Positions 29,276-38,566 are shown, counted from the first letter of the stretch. The stretch is 52,104 nt of DNA from an uncultured Bacilli bacterium (GCA_947628275.1 CANQZD010000044.1:1-52104), one strand, 5' to 3'. The notes: generated by a model not told the origin, from the sequence alone. Made by a program: numbers and translations.

Positions 29276-30341
29276 ATGCTTTCCTTCTTTCTAAATATTT
29301 AATAATTTGTTTACGATTATTTTTTAATTCACCAGCTAAAATCATCTCTTCAATTTCATTTAAGATTTCTTTTATTTCATGATTTTCACAATTAGTAATC
29401 ATCAGAACTATTTTACCATTAACTTTTAAATCTTTAGAAGACTTAATGGGCATTTTATGATAAATAGTATCAATTTGTTTTTTACTAATTTTTAATATTT
29501 GAGCACAGACATAATTTAGATATAAACCATGTTTATAAATGTCATACGGTCTTATTGTACCACAATTTATAGTATTGGTAATAATTTTTATACTATTTTT
29601 TACTTCTTTTTCTAAAGGATAATTAGTATGAGTTTTTACTTGAGCCCATAAACCAGCTAAATCAGAAACATAGACTAAATTATCAAAATTTAAATCTAAA
29701 GTTTTATCTAATTCATAATATTTTAAAAGTTCAAAACCATTTGCTAAAAAAATAGTATCTAATTCTTTTTTTATTCGTTCTTTACTTAAGGTTAATAATT
29801 CGTTTTTTTTAGCAAAGATAGCTTTACTTAAATTTTCATCAATTGTAAAGTTAAGTAAGCTAGCAAATCTAATAGCCCTTAAAATTCTTAAAGGGTCTTC
29901 AACTAATTTTTCTAAAGGATTACCTATACAAACAATTTTTTTATTTTTTAAATCTTCGATACCATTATAGGGATCAATTTTACTATTATTTTTACTAAGA
30001 TAAATAGCATTAATTGTAAAATCTCTTCTTTTAGCATCAAGAAGTAAATTTTGACTATAAGATATTTTAGGATGACGATTATTATAATTATGTTCAATTC
30101 GATAAGTAGTAATATCAATATTTAAGCCTTTTTGTTTAAAATTGTAAGAACCATATTCAATTTGTTTTAAAGGTGAGCCAAAAATTTTGACTAAGTCACT
30201 TGGCAAAGCGTTAGTGGCTATATCAAAATCATTAGTCTTACGATTAAGAAGGTAATCACGGACTGCTCCACCAACTAAATAAGCTTCAAAACCATTTTTT
30301 TCCAGAGTTTTTAAAATATTTTTAACAAGTAGATTTGTCAA
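29250..30341 (-). CDS. cca: CCA-adding enzyme (tRNA nucleotidyltransferase)
   Basis: AYLVGGAVRDYLLNRKTNDFDIAT and RDFTINA motifs. The start is ambiguous: GTG 30350 and ATG 30347 lie inside or against AGGTGA, while TTG 30341 is 5 nt downstream of it. Confidence 0.88.
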   Translation of the reverse strand: MTNLLVKNILKTLEKNGFEAYLVGGAVRDYLLNRKTNDFDIATNALPSDLVKIFGSPLKQIEYGSYNFKQKGLNIDITTYRIEHNYNNRHPKISYSQNLLLDAKRRDFTINAIYLSKNNSKIDPYNGIEDLKNKKIVCIGNPLEKLVEDPLRILRAIRFASLLNFTIDENLSKAIFAKKNELLTLSKERIKKELDTIFLANGFELLKYYELDKTLDLNFDNLVYVSDLAGLWAQVKTHTNYPLEKEVKNSIKIITNTINCGTIRPYDIYKHGLYLNYVCAQILKISKKQIDTIYHKMPIKSSKDLKVNGKIVLMITNCENHEIKEILNEIEEMILAGELKNNRKQIIKYLERRKAYATTRDIS

Positions 30342-30428
30342 GAACATCACCTATTAAAATTATACAATAGAAAAGCAAAATCCGCACGGATAAATGAGAA
30401 TTGTTGACATATCTATTTTTCCCATATT

Positions 30429-30463
30429 AAAACCTCGTTTCTATGTTTTAAGAAACAAGGTTT
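30429..30463 (-). terminator. Probable intrinsic terminator after nrnA
   Basis: 13-bp stem AAACCTTGTTTCT/AGAAACGAGGTTT (one G-U pair) with an 8-nt loop and a short T tract. Confidence 0.45.
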
Positions 30464-30470
30464 ATAATCG

Positions 30471-31442
30471 CTAGTCATTATTTTTCATTTCATTATAATT
30501 TTGACATTCTAAATCTAAATCTTTAAATAAACTATCAATATCTTCTTTATTAGGAGTTCTAACTCCACTAGCAAATTTATGACCACCACCATGATATTTG
30601 CTAGCTATTTCATTAATAACTGGTCCTTTACTTCTGATATTAACTTTATATAAATTATTTTTTTCATCATAAGTTACAAAAGCCCAGACATTAATATCTT
30701 TAATAAAATTAAAATCATTAACCATATTAGAAGCTGTTGATACATCAACATTATATTTTTTGATAATTTCATCATCAATAATAATAGAGGCAAAGCCGTT
30801 TTTAGTTACTTCTAAATTGGTGGCAATGTAACCATGAAATCTTATTTCTTCTAAAGGTCTTTCATATAATTTAGCGTATAATTCATGAAAAGGTATTTTA
30901 GTTCTTTCTAAAAGATTTGTAACTATTTTAAAAGTTTCGATTGTTGTATATGAAAGTAAGAAACGGTCACTATCAGAAACAATACCACAAAATAGATTAG
31001 CTGCCACTTTATTAGTTAATTTTAAATTACTTTTTAAAACCATTTTAGCAACCATTTGACAGGTACTACAAGCTTCTTCATCTATCCATTCAACTAGACC
31101 AAATTCTTCTTCAAAAGGATGATGATCTATTTTAATAATTTCTTTAAATTTTAAATCTTCGATACCATCTATTCGATAAAAGTTAGGGACATCTAAAGTT
31201 ATTAATAAAACATTTTTTAAAGATTTATTATCAACTTTATCTAATAAACCATATTTTTTAAATTTAGCTACGCCACTTCCTACAGCATAGACTTTCTTTT
31301 TCGGATAATTGTCTAAAATAAAATCTCTTAATGCAATTTGACTACAAATAGCATCAGGGTCAGGACCAATATGACGAGCGATAACAATCGTTTCATATTG
31401 TTTAATTTTTTTTAAAATAATTTTCTTGATATCACTCTTCAT
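30471..31442 (-). CDS. nrnA: DHH/DHHA1 phosphoesterase (oligoribonuclease/pAp phosphatase NrnA-like)
   Basis: ARHIGPDPDAICS, DHH (IKIDHHPF), GGGHKFASG. ATG 31442 follows AAAGGATGG by 5 nt. Confidence 0.85.
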   Translation of the reverse strand: MKSDIKKIILKKIKQYETIVIARHIGPDPDAICSQIALRDFILDNYPKKKVYAVGSGVAKFKKYGLLDKVDNKSLKNVLLITLDVPNFYRIDGIEDLKFKEIIKIDHHPFEEEFGLVEWIDEEACSTCQMVAKMVLKSNLKLTNKVAANLFCGIVSDSDRFLLSYTTIETFKIVTNLLERTKIPFHELYAKLYERPLEEIRFHGYIATNLEVTKNGFASIIIDDEIIKKYNVDVSTASNMVNDFNFIKDINVWAFVTYDEKNNLYKVNIRSKGPVINEIASKYHGGGHKFASGVRTPNKEDIDSLFKDLDLECQNYNEMKNND

Positions 31443-31457
31443 ATTAACCATCCTTTT

Positions 31458-32642
31458 TTATTTTACAAATGAATAAGCATCTCTTGCCATCATAACTTCT
31501 TCATTAGTCGGAATAACATAAGCACTTACTTTACTATCGCTTGTGGTAATAACTCCTTCATTTTTATCTAAGTAACTAGCTATTTGGTTATTTGCTTCTT
31601 TATCGATTTTAATACCCATAATACCTAATTGTTCTAAAACTTGTTCACGCATTGCTTTGGCATTTTCTCCTAAGCCTGCTGTAAAGACTATTCCATCACA
31701 TTCTTGTAATTCAACATAATAATTAGTAATGTAATTAACAATTCTTCTAACTAACATTTTTTGAGCAAGTATGCAATCTTCATTACCATTTTTAATGCCT
31801 TCTTCAATATCTCTTGAATCACTATAACCACCGATAGCAATTAAACCACTTTCTTTATTTAGGGCATTAGATACTTCTTTAGCGCTCATACCATTTTCAA
31901 TCATATAAGTTACAATTGATGGGTCAATCTCCCCACAACGAGTAGACATCATTAACCCAGATACTGGAGTAAAGCCCATTGAGGTATTAATACTTTTACC
32001 ATCTTTAACTGCACAGATACTAGCTCCATTACCAATATGACAAATAATTAAATTAACATTTTCTTTATGTAATTTTTCTTGCATAATACTAGTTATATAA
32101 CGATAACTGGTTCCATGAAAACCATAACGTCTTACTCGATACTTAGTATACCATTCCCTAGGTACTGGATATAAATAATTTTCTAAAGGAATTGTTGTAT
32201 GAAAAGATGTATCAAAAATAACCACATGATGGGCATTTGGAACAACCTTCATAGCTGATTTAATACCTACAATACTTGCTGGATTATGTAAAGGTGCCAA
32301 AGGAGCATTATCTTCAATTGTCTTAATAACCTCATCACTTACTTCGACACTAGAAGAAATACTTCCACCTTGAACTGAACGATGACCAATAGCCTTTATT
32401 TCATCTAAATTTTCGACTATTTTTTGGTCCATTAATTCTTCTACTAAATATTTGAAGGCTACCTCATGATTAGGTAAATCAACTTCTTTTTTTAGTTTTT
32501 CACCATTTACTTTAATAGTATAAAAACTTTTATCCATTCCTATTCTTTCAAAATAACCACTTATTAATAATTTTTCTTCTGGCATTTCATAAGCTGAAAA
32601 CTTTAAAGATGAACTACCAGCATTGACACTTAATACTTTCAA
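31458..32642 (-). CDS. ackA: Acetate kinase
   Basis: KVLSVNAGSSSLKF, RYGFHGTSY, and a C-terminal IPTNEE. TTG 32642 (MKVLSVNAGSSSLK) lies 8 nt after GGGAG. The track start is 32657. Confidence 0.93.
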   Translation of the reverse strand: MKVLSVNAGSSSLKFSAYEMPEEKLLISGYFERIGMDKSFYTIKVNGEKLKKEVDLPNHEVAFKYLVEELMDQKIVENLDEIKAIGHRSVQGGSISSSVEVSDEVIKTIEDNAPLAPLHNPASIVGIKSAMKVVPNAHHVVIFDTSFHTTIPLENYLYPVPREWYTKYRVRRYGFHGTSYRYITSIMQEKLHKENVNLIICHIGNGASICAVKDGKSINTSMGFTPVSGLMMSTRCGEIDPSIVTYMIENGMSAKEVSNALNKESGLIAIGGYSDSRDIEEGIKNGNEDCILAQKMLVRRIVNYITNYYVELQECDGIVFTAGLGENAKAMREQVLEQLGIMGIKIDKEANNQIASYLDKNEGVITTSDSKVSAYVIPTNEEVMMARDAYSFVK

Positions 32643-32718
32643 ATTAATCACTCCCAAAAGTATTTTATCAAATAGAGCTCTTAAAGTCCATCATGAAAGA
32701 TGAGATTTGACAATTAAC

Positions 32719-33282
32719 TTAATGCTTTTTTGCTTCATATTTTTCAGCAAATGTTTTAGACATTAAAGATTGAACGGTATAATTAGCCTTAGAAAAATGA
32801 TAGATATAATCAGTATCAACAATTATAGGCTTATTTTGATATTTAACCGCATTACTTAGATTAGCATCCATCCATATATAGCCTTTTTCTCTTAAAGATT
32901 GATACAATAAATATAATTCTTCTATAGAACAAGGTTTATTAGGATATAGGTAATCTTGTATTTCTAAGCCTAAATACAAGGTTTTATGAGAGGTTTTAAA
33001 TGTGATATTTTTTCTTATATAACTTTTTACTAATTCGGTAGTTTTAGGAATTTTAAGGGGAGATTTATGATCAGAAAATTTAATAATATAATTTTGATAA
33101 ATAAAACAATTATAATATAATTTATTAATTTTCCCATATTTAAAATTATCACCAAAAAAAGATTGGAAATAATTATCCAAATCCTTATACTCTTTTGTGT
33201 CTAAGATAAATTTGCAATTGTTTTTAACGTATTCATTAATTAAATCTAATAATGAATTATAATGTTTTTTGTCTTTCATCAT
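32719..33282 (-). CDS. Hypothetical protein with minimal protein-kinase-like motifs
   Basis: 187 aa, basic. GYIWMDANLSNAVKYQNKPIIVDTDYIY looks like a D-x4-N catalytic loop plus a DxD metal site. NYIIKF and TTELVKSY are candidate beta3-Lys and alphaC-Glu. Assignment is by eye only. Confidence 0.35.
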   Translation of the reverse strand: MMKDKKHYNSLLDLINEYVKNNCKFILDTKEYKDLDNYFQSFFGDNFKYGKINKLYYNCFIYQNYIIKFSDHKSPLKIPKTTELVKSYIRKNITFKTSHKTLYLGLEIQDYLYPNKPCSIEELYLLYQSLREKGYIWMDANLSNAVKYQNKPIIVDTDYIYHFSKANYTVQSLMSKTFAEKYEAKKH

Positions 33283-33493
33283 TGAAAGCTTTTATCCTAG
33301 CATTAACATATTCGGTAATTTTTTGATCTTCAAGACTATTTTGTTCAATATTAAGAGGTATTCCAATTCGAGTGCTCGTAAAGGCAACACTGTCAACTAA
33401 AGTCATTGCTCCATCAAGGTCTCTTTCATCAAAATTCATTACGAAATAATTAAAAATTTTTTCAGCTATTTCATTCATTTCTATTTCACTCAT
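33257..33493 (-). CDS. Small acidic hypothetical protein (78 aa), overlaps the downstream kinase-like gene by 26 nt
   Basis: Intact ORF with AAAGGATG ribosome-binding site 7 nt upstream of the ATG. No family recognised. Confidence 0.45.
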   Translation of the reverse strand: MSEIEMNEIAEKIFNYFVMNFDERDLDGAMTLVDSVAFTSTRIGIPLNIEQNSLEDQKITEYVNARIKAFNDERQKTL

Positions 33494-33709
33494 AAAAACA
33501 CATCCTTTAAGTAGATGATAGCATATTTCTTAATAAATTAATAATTATTTTAATTTTTTTTACATTAATTTACAATTATTTGGTTCACTTGTAATATTTT
33601 TAGTTATGTTGTCTTCCTTATTTTCTTTTATTTTGCTGTCAAAAATTTTATCATTAAGATTGGCTTTTTTATTAGTTATTTTTCGCATTTTCTTCACCGT
33701 TATTAGTAT

Positions 33710-33738
33710 GTATATTTTTTTATTTTTAATACATATTA
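33710..33738 (+). promoter_or_regulatory. Possible forespore-type (sigma-F/G-like) promoter for the DUF1540 gene
   Basis: GTATA (33710..33714), a 17-nt spacer, then CATATTA (33732..33738). This resembles the GnATA/CATnnTA consensus and lies about 17 nt upstream of the start codon. Confidence 0.3.
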
Positions 33739-33754
33739 AAAAAAGAGGTGACAT

Positions 33755-33907
33755 ATGAAAAACGAATTTTTTAATCAAAGAATATGTTGTCATGTTAAAA
33801 ATTGTAAATATTATGACCAAATGGCCGAAAAGTGTCATTTAGGTAGTATTACAGTTGGAAATAAAAATGCTAGTTGTGAAAACTTTTTAAAAAATGACTA
33901 TAAATAA
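33755..33907 (+). CDS. DUF1540-family small Cys-rich protein (50 aa), not in the ORF track
   Basis: My translation is MKNEFFNQRICCHVKNCKYYDQMAEKCHLGSITVGNKNASCENFLKNDYK. It shows the C-x-V-x-x-C-x-Y ... C-x-(A/L)-x-x-I-x-V ... C-x-x-F pattern of DUF1540. A strong RBS (AAAGAGGTG) sits 5 nt upstream. It is antisense to the 92-aa track ORF. Confidence 0.7.
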   Translation: MKNEFFNQRICCHVKNCKYYDQMAEKCHLGSITVGNKNASCENFLKNDYK

Positions 33908-35082
33908 TCACTATAGTCATTTTTAATTTGGTCTTTAATAATAACTTCATTTTTTAAAGCTTCATTAATTAAGCTTTCATAATCAAAATGTTGTTCATAT
34001 TCAATGCATTTATCTAAAGTAGGATAAATAACCGGATGTTCTGGCACGAAAATAGTACAGCAATCTTGATAAGGTAAAATACTTGTTTCATAAGTATTAA
34101 TTTTTTTAGCTAAAGCAATAATTTCTAATTTGTCAAAACAAGCGACCGGTCTTATAACAGGAATTTTCACAACTTCATTAATGACACTCATACTATCTAG
34201 AGTTTGACTAGCTACTTGACCAATACTTTCACCATTAACAATAATTTTGCAATGATTTTTATGAGCAAGTTTTTCACTTATTCGATACATCATTCTTCGC
34301 ATAATTGTTATCATATATTCATTTGGAACTTCTTTATAAATAGTTTCTTGAATTTTAGTAAAGGGAATAACATGAACTTTAATATGACCTTGGTATTGTC
34401 CAATAATATTTGCTAACGTTATAACTTTATTTTTAGCTTCAATGCTAGTATGAGGAGGACTATCAAAATAAATACATTCAAGCTTAACTCCCCTTTTCAT
34501 TGCTAAAAATCCTGCAACAGGACTATCAATACCTCCTGATAACATTAATAAGCCTTTGCCTAGAGTACTAGTAGGATAGCCTCCTAAACCTTTAATTGTT
34601 TCAAAATAAATATAAGCATTAGTTTTTCTTATTTCAACATTAATAATAATTTCGGGATTATTAACATCAACTTTAACATCATGAATATTTTTTAAGACAA
34701 CTCCCCCTAATTTTTGATTAATCTCTGGACTTGTTAAAAAATAGTTTTTATCGCTTCTTTTTGTATTAATTTTAAAAGTTTTAAAATCTTTTTCTTGTAA
34801 TAATTGAATTAAATTATCAGTAAGTAATTCAAAACTATTATTTTCTAATTCATAACCAATAGCTATTTCATGAATTCCAAAAATTTTTGATAATTTTTCT
34901 TTGACAAGTTCAAAGTTATTTTCAGCAGTTTTAATATACATTCTGCCCTTATCAAAAGTAATATCACACGTTATATCTTGTAGTTCATTCATAATATTTT
35001 TTTGAAGAGTTTTTAAAAATAAACCGATATTAGCTTTTTTGGTATTTAACTCACCATATTTAATTAAAAATAGTTTTTGCAA
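33898..35082 (-). CDS. thiI: tRNA 4-thiouridine synthase ThiI
   Basis: THUMP-type N-terminus (IKYGELNTK), PP-loop LMLSGGIDSPVA. TTG 35082 lies 5 nt after AAGGAAGTGA. The track start is GTG 35091. Confidence 0.9.
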   Translation of the reverse strand: MQKLFLIKYGELNTKKANIGLFLKTLQKNIMNELQDITCDITFDKGRMYIKTAENNFELVKEKLSKIFGIHEIAIGYELENNSFELLTDNLIQLLQEKDFKTFKINTKRSDKNYFLTSPEINQKLGGVVLKNIHDVKVDVNNPEIIINVEIRKTNAYIYFETIKGLGGYPTSTLGKGLLMLSGGIDSPVAGFLAMKRGVKLECIYFDSPPHTSIEAKNKVITLANIIGQYQGHIKVHVIPFTKIQETIYKEVPNEYMITIMRRMMYRISEKLAHKNHCKIIVNGESIGQVASQTLDSMSVINEVVKIPVIRPVACFDKLEIIALAKKINTYETSILPYQDCCTIFVPEHPVIYPTLDKCIEYEQHFDYESLINEALKNEVIIKDQIKNDYSDYL

Positions 35083-35087
35083 ATTAA

Positions 35088-35966
35088 TCACTTCCTTTTG
35101 TTTTCACTTATTAATTCCATAGGAATAGCTAATTGTTTGATTCTTTCCATAATTCTTCTTGATTTTAGCATGTCATCAACAGAACCACTTGCTTTAAAAT
35201 GGCTTTCTAATTCTTCTAATGATAAATTAGATGTGAAAAATGTAGTTTTATTCTGATTCATTCTAGTTTGTAAAATAGTTCCTAAAACTTCATCTCGGCC
35301 CCAATCAGTAACTTTTTCAGCTCCAATATCATCAATACATAAAATATCAACTTGTTCGTATAAATTAATTTTTTCTTCATATAAGTCCCAATCATTTTTT
35401 AAGGTTCTAAGCAATTCTGGAAAGTATACTATTTCACAACTGATTTGTTTTTGAGATTTTAGTTCATTTAATAAAGCACTGATTAAAAAAGTTTTACCAC
35501 AGCCAAAATTACCATATAAGTATAATCCTTTATGATTTTCTTTAAAATTAAATTTTTGAAAAAATTCATCTAACCATTTAATAACTTTAGTTCGTTTTTT
35601 ATCAGAAAAATCTATATCTTTCATACGAGCTTGAAACTGTTCTTCTAATTTGGCGGTTTTAAGTTTTTCTTCAATACTACGTTCTTTTAAATATTTACAT
35701 GGTAAATAAGTAAAAAAAACATGATTATTTTCATTTTTAGGCATTTTAATATGTCCATTATAAGCATTTTGACAATTGGCTAGACCACGACAGTTTTGAC
35801 AATGTTCTAATTCAAAAACACAGTCTTCTAATTTAGAAGTTATTTTAAGAGCATCTTTTTTAGTTAATTTTAATTTTTTTACAAGTTTAACAAATGTTTC
35901 ATTTTCACAAGCCTGTTTAAAATTTTTTTCTAATTCTTTAATATTTTCATTAACTGTTAGTTTCAT
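35088..35966 (-). CDS. dnaI: Primosomal helicase loader DnaI
   Basis: N-terminal Zn-binding Cys/His region (CQNCRGLANCQN), AAA+ Walker A GNFGCGKTF, Walker B CIDDIG. AAGGAGG RBS immediately after the dnaB stop. Confidence 0.88.
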   Translation of the reverse strand: MKLTVNENIKELEKNFKQACENETFVKLVKKLKLTKKDALKITSKLEDCVFELEHCQNCRGLANCQNAYNGHIKMPKNENNHVFFTYLPCKYLKERSIEEKLKTAKLEEQFQARMKDIDFSDKKRTKVIKWLDEFFQKFNFKENHKGLYLYGNFGCGKTFLISALLNELKSQKQISCEIVYFPELLRTLKNDWDLYEEKINLYEQVDILCIDDIGAEKVTDWGRDEVLGTILQTRMNQNKTTFFTSNLSLEELESHFKASGSVDDMLKSRRIMERIKQLAIPMELISENKRK

Positions 35967-35978
35967 TTTTTATCCTCC

Positions 35979-37253
35979 TTAATGATATTTATCTAAAATA
36001 TTTTTTAAGTCTTCTTCTTCTTCTTTAGTCATTTGTTCTTTTTCAATATTTTCATTAAACCAAACAGGCATGATTTCTTTATCTTTTATTTTATCATTAT
36101 TTAATTTTTTAGTATATTTTTTATGTTCTTTTTCAGCAACATCCATAGCTTCTTTAGCAGTTTTGATGCCAAGTCTTTTCCATTGACCAGCTATTGTTTC
36201 AATAAAAGCTTGATTTAATTTATTGTTATTTTTCTTTAAAACATAATCTATTAATACATTAGTAACAGCTGGTGGTAATTCTACATCTATTAATAGTTCT
36301 TCTAATATTCTTAAATCTCTTGAAGTAGGATTAGCTCCTTTATGTTTACTTACTAAAAAATCATAAGGGCTAGTGTTTTCAAAAACTTCGATTATTCTAC
36401 CACGTTTAGAAGTATCTCCACTAGGTGTTTTTAAATAAGATGGCTGAGTCCGATATATAATTGTAGGCAATTTGCCTTGATGATTATATTGATAATATTT
36501 TCTAGTTTGTAATCTTAAAGCCTCTTTATCAATAAAGCCTTTTTCATTTAAAGTCATTCTTAAAATTTCTACCATTTTTAAAGTATCTATATCATATATT
36601 AAGGCTAATTGATTAATTAATTCTTTAACTTTACGATTAAAAGCTTTTTCATTTATTAGTCCTTTTGGCAAGGAAGATATTAGTAAATCAAAATCAACTT
36701 GATCTTGCATATTTAAAGGAAGTGTTGTTCGACCAATCGCTTCAAATGTATAAAAATCACTACTAGAAGTATAAGCTTCATCAAATTTAGTTGTTATTTC
36801 TTCAAAGTTTTTTAAATCAAATTTCATAACTTGATATTCTTTTTTTAATAAGTCATATTCATAAGAACCAACATTATTATATAAAACAACACTAAAAATG
36901 GGATTAGCAAAAAATTCTTTAGCATTTAAGGGACTATATAGTTCATAAACATAATTATTTGGTTCCCCTTTTTCATAATAAGTTCTAATTAAACCGACAC
37001 CTTCTAAAGCAATACGAGCTTTTTTGATATCTTCTAAACTAGTTTTTAAAATGGTCATTAAATGATGATGGGTATATTCAATGCTAACAATATTGAAACG
37101 GTCTAAGTCCCGCCATAAAGTAAGATAAAGACTAACCGCAACAGAACCAATTATTGGTTCATATAGATTAACTAAATTTTTACGGTCTAATTCACTTAAA
37201 GTAGTTTTATTAATAACCATATATTTATCGGCTGGCAAGAATGAGATATTCAA
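35979..37253 (-). CDS. dnaB: Replication initiation and membrane attachment protein DnaB (Bacillus type, not the helicase)
   Basis: LPADKYMVINKTTLSELDRKNLVNLYEPIIGSVAVSLY parallels the B. subtilis DnaB N-terminus. DnaB_2/DnaD-like repeat near the C-terminus. Located upstream of dnaI. Start is TTG 37253 (8 nt after AGGTGG) or GTG 37265. Confidence 0.82.
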   Translation of the reverse strand: MNISFLPADKYMVINKTTLSELDRKNLVNLYEPIIGSVAVSLYLTLWRDLDRFNIVSIEYTHHHLMTILKTSLEDIKKARIALEGVGLIRTYYEKGEPNNYVYELYSPLNAKEFFANPIFSVVLYNNVGSYEYDLLKKEYQVMKFDLKNFEEITTKFDEAYTSSSDFYTFEAIGRTTLPLNMQDQVDFDLLISSLPKGLINEKAFNRKVKELINQLALIYDIDTLKMVEILRMTLNEKGFIDKEALRLQTRKYYQYNHQGKLPTIIYRTQPSYLKTPSGDTSKRGRIIEVFENTSPYDFLVSKHKGANPTSRDLRILEELLIDVELPPAVTNVLIDYVLKKNNNKLNQAFIETIAGQWKRLGIKTAKEAMDVAEKEHKKYTKKLNNDKIKDKEIMPVWFNENIEKEQMTKEEEEDLKNILDKYH

Positions 37254-37312
37254 GTAAAACCCCACCTTTCATTAGAAAGTATTATAATAAATTTTTGGCT
37301 AAAGAACAAGAT

Positions 37313-38443
37313 TTAATGGATAATATAAGGACTTTCTTCAGTTCCAAAACCACCAGCAATTTTAACTTCTCTTTTTAAATAAGCAACGGGATAAATGTCA
37401 GCAATATTACTACTAAATGTTGCTTCAAAGCCAGTATCTTTATTAAACATAATGGCATAAGAATTACTATTTGTTGAAGAAGCTGGCGTGATGGTCCAAA
37501 ATTGTTCTTTAGTAAGCCAACTACTTGATTCACATTGGTCCTCTTCACAATTAAGAGAAAATAGATAATCACTAGGATACATTAATCCCAGATAATTTTC
37601 ATAACTGGCTTGACGATTTAAATTATCAGTACAAAAATCGCCATTTGAACATAATTTGGTATTATTTCCTCTTTCTTTATTATACCAATCAATTTTAGAA
37701 AGCATAGTTATTTCATCATCATTAATACTTCCTAAATACCAAGGAGCATTATAAAGATATTTTTGAGCACTAAGACCAGCTATTGTAAAATCACAAGCGG
37801 TAGTTTGATTTTCTTTGCCAATAAAACAATCAGCTTTTTGGCGATTTAAAAATTGATTATTTAATAGGTCATTTAATTTGGAAGTTGACCATTCATTAAC
37901 TCCATAACCTTCATTGATATCGGAACTTGAGCTATCCCAGGCATATTTACCAAGACTATCTGAGCGAATGATTTTAACATAAGATTGATTGTTTATCTTA
38001 AAAATGCCAATAATGCGCCATAAAATGGGATCATTTACGTGATATTTTAAAAAACATTTTCGATTAGCGTCTAAGCAGGCACTCATAGAAGGATAATCTT
38101 GATAATCTAGATCGTTAGTTAAAGAGTATCCCCGATAAATTTCTTTAGAATACTTCTCTCCTAAATCAAGATAATTATTTGGATTATTTCCAACATAATA
38201 TAAATTATCATCAACATTTTTTTTAAGAGCTTTAGAAGAATTAGCAATAGAATATAGGCAATCACCTAATAATTTATGATGTTCTTTAAAACATTTATTT
38301 ACCTCATCACTACTAGGTATAGTAGGTCCGCCATTAAATATCCATAAAGTGTAACAAATTTCTAACATAAAGCAAAGAAAAATGACTATTCCAATTACTA
38401 ATAATGAACAATTTTTTTTCTTCAATTTTAGTTTTTTCTTCAC
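37313..38443 (-). CDS. Exported Cys-rich hypothetical protein (DUF6273-like pattern)
   Basis: Basic N-terminus plus a TM segment ending CYTLWIF. PILWRIIG...NEWSTSKLNDLLNNQFL, LMYPSDYLFS and FWTITPASS...IYPVAYL resemble the WRVL...W.tS.L..WLN family. GTG start lies 7 nt after AGGTGG. Confidence 0.4.
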   Translation of the reverse strand: MKKKLKLKKKNCSLLVIGIVIFLCFMLEICYTLWIFNGGPTIPSSDEVNKCFKEHHKLLGDCLYSIANSSKALKKNVDDNLYYVGNNPNNYLDLGEKYSKEIYRGYSLTNDLDYQDYPSMSACLDANRKCFLKYHVNDPILWRIIGIFKINNQSYVKIIRSDSLGKYAWDSSSSDINEGYGVNEWSTSKLNDLLNNQFLNRQKADCFIGKENQTTACDFTIAGLSAQKYLYNAPWYLGSINDDEITMLSKIDWYNKERGNNTKLCSNGDFCTDNLNRQASYENYLGLMYPSDYLFSLNCEEDQCESSSWLTKEQFWTITPASSTNSNSYAIMFNKDTGFEATFSSNIADIYPVAYLKREVKIAGGFGTEESPYIIH

Positions 38444-38509
38444 TTTAAAACCACCTACTACTATATAAAGATAGTATCACATTTTAGGATAAAACTCCAT
38501 CATAAATTA

Positions 38510-38538
38510 TTTACATCTGAATTTGAAAATGATATACT
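38510..38538 (+). promoter_or_regulatory. Sigma-A type promoter for the 38567..39452 gene pair
   Basis: TTTACA (38510..38515), a 17-nt spacer, then TATACT (38533..38538). Confidence 0.5.
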
Positions 38539-38566
38539 TTATTTAGAATAAGGGTGTGGAGTTAAG

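Noticed and set aside
30339-30385. Possible leaderless cca mRNA (TGTATAAT only about 8 nt upstream of GTG/ATG) and the palindrome ATCCGCACGGAT
   Set aside because: A simpler reading is a normal AGGTGA Shine-Dalgarno with TTG 30341 five nt downstream, the same geometry as many other genes here. The 12-bp palindrome has a 2-nt centre and no second copy that I could find.
33560-33838. 92-aa minus-strand track ORF, including an internal 42-aa candidate (MRKITNKKANLNDKIF..., ATG 33688 after GGTGAAG)
   Set aside because: The long form is antisense to the DUF1540 gene and its RBS. The 42-aa version has a weak RBS and a low-complexity K/N-rich product. The downstream 78-aa gene appears to have its own extended -10 element (TGCTATCAT). 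I have no positive evidence that it is translated.
37375-37572. 65-aa minus-strand ORF
   Set aside because: It is nested in another frame of the 376-aa exported protein gene.
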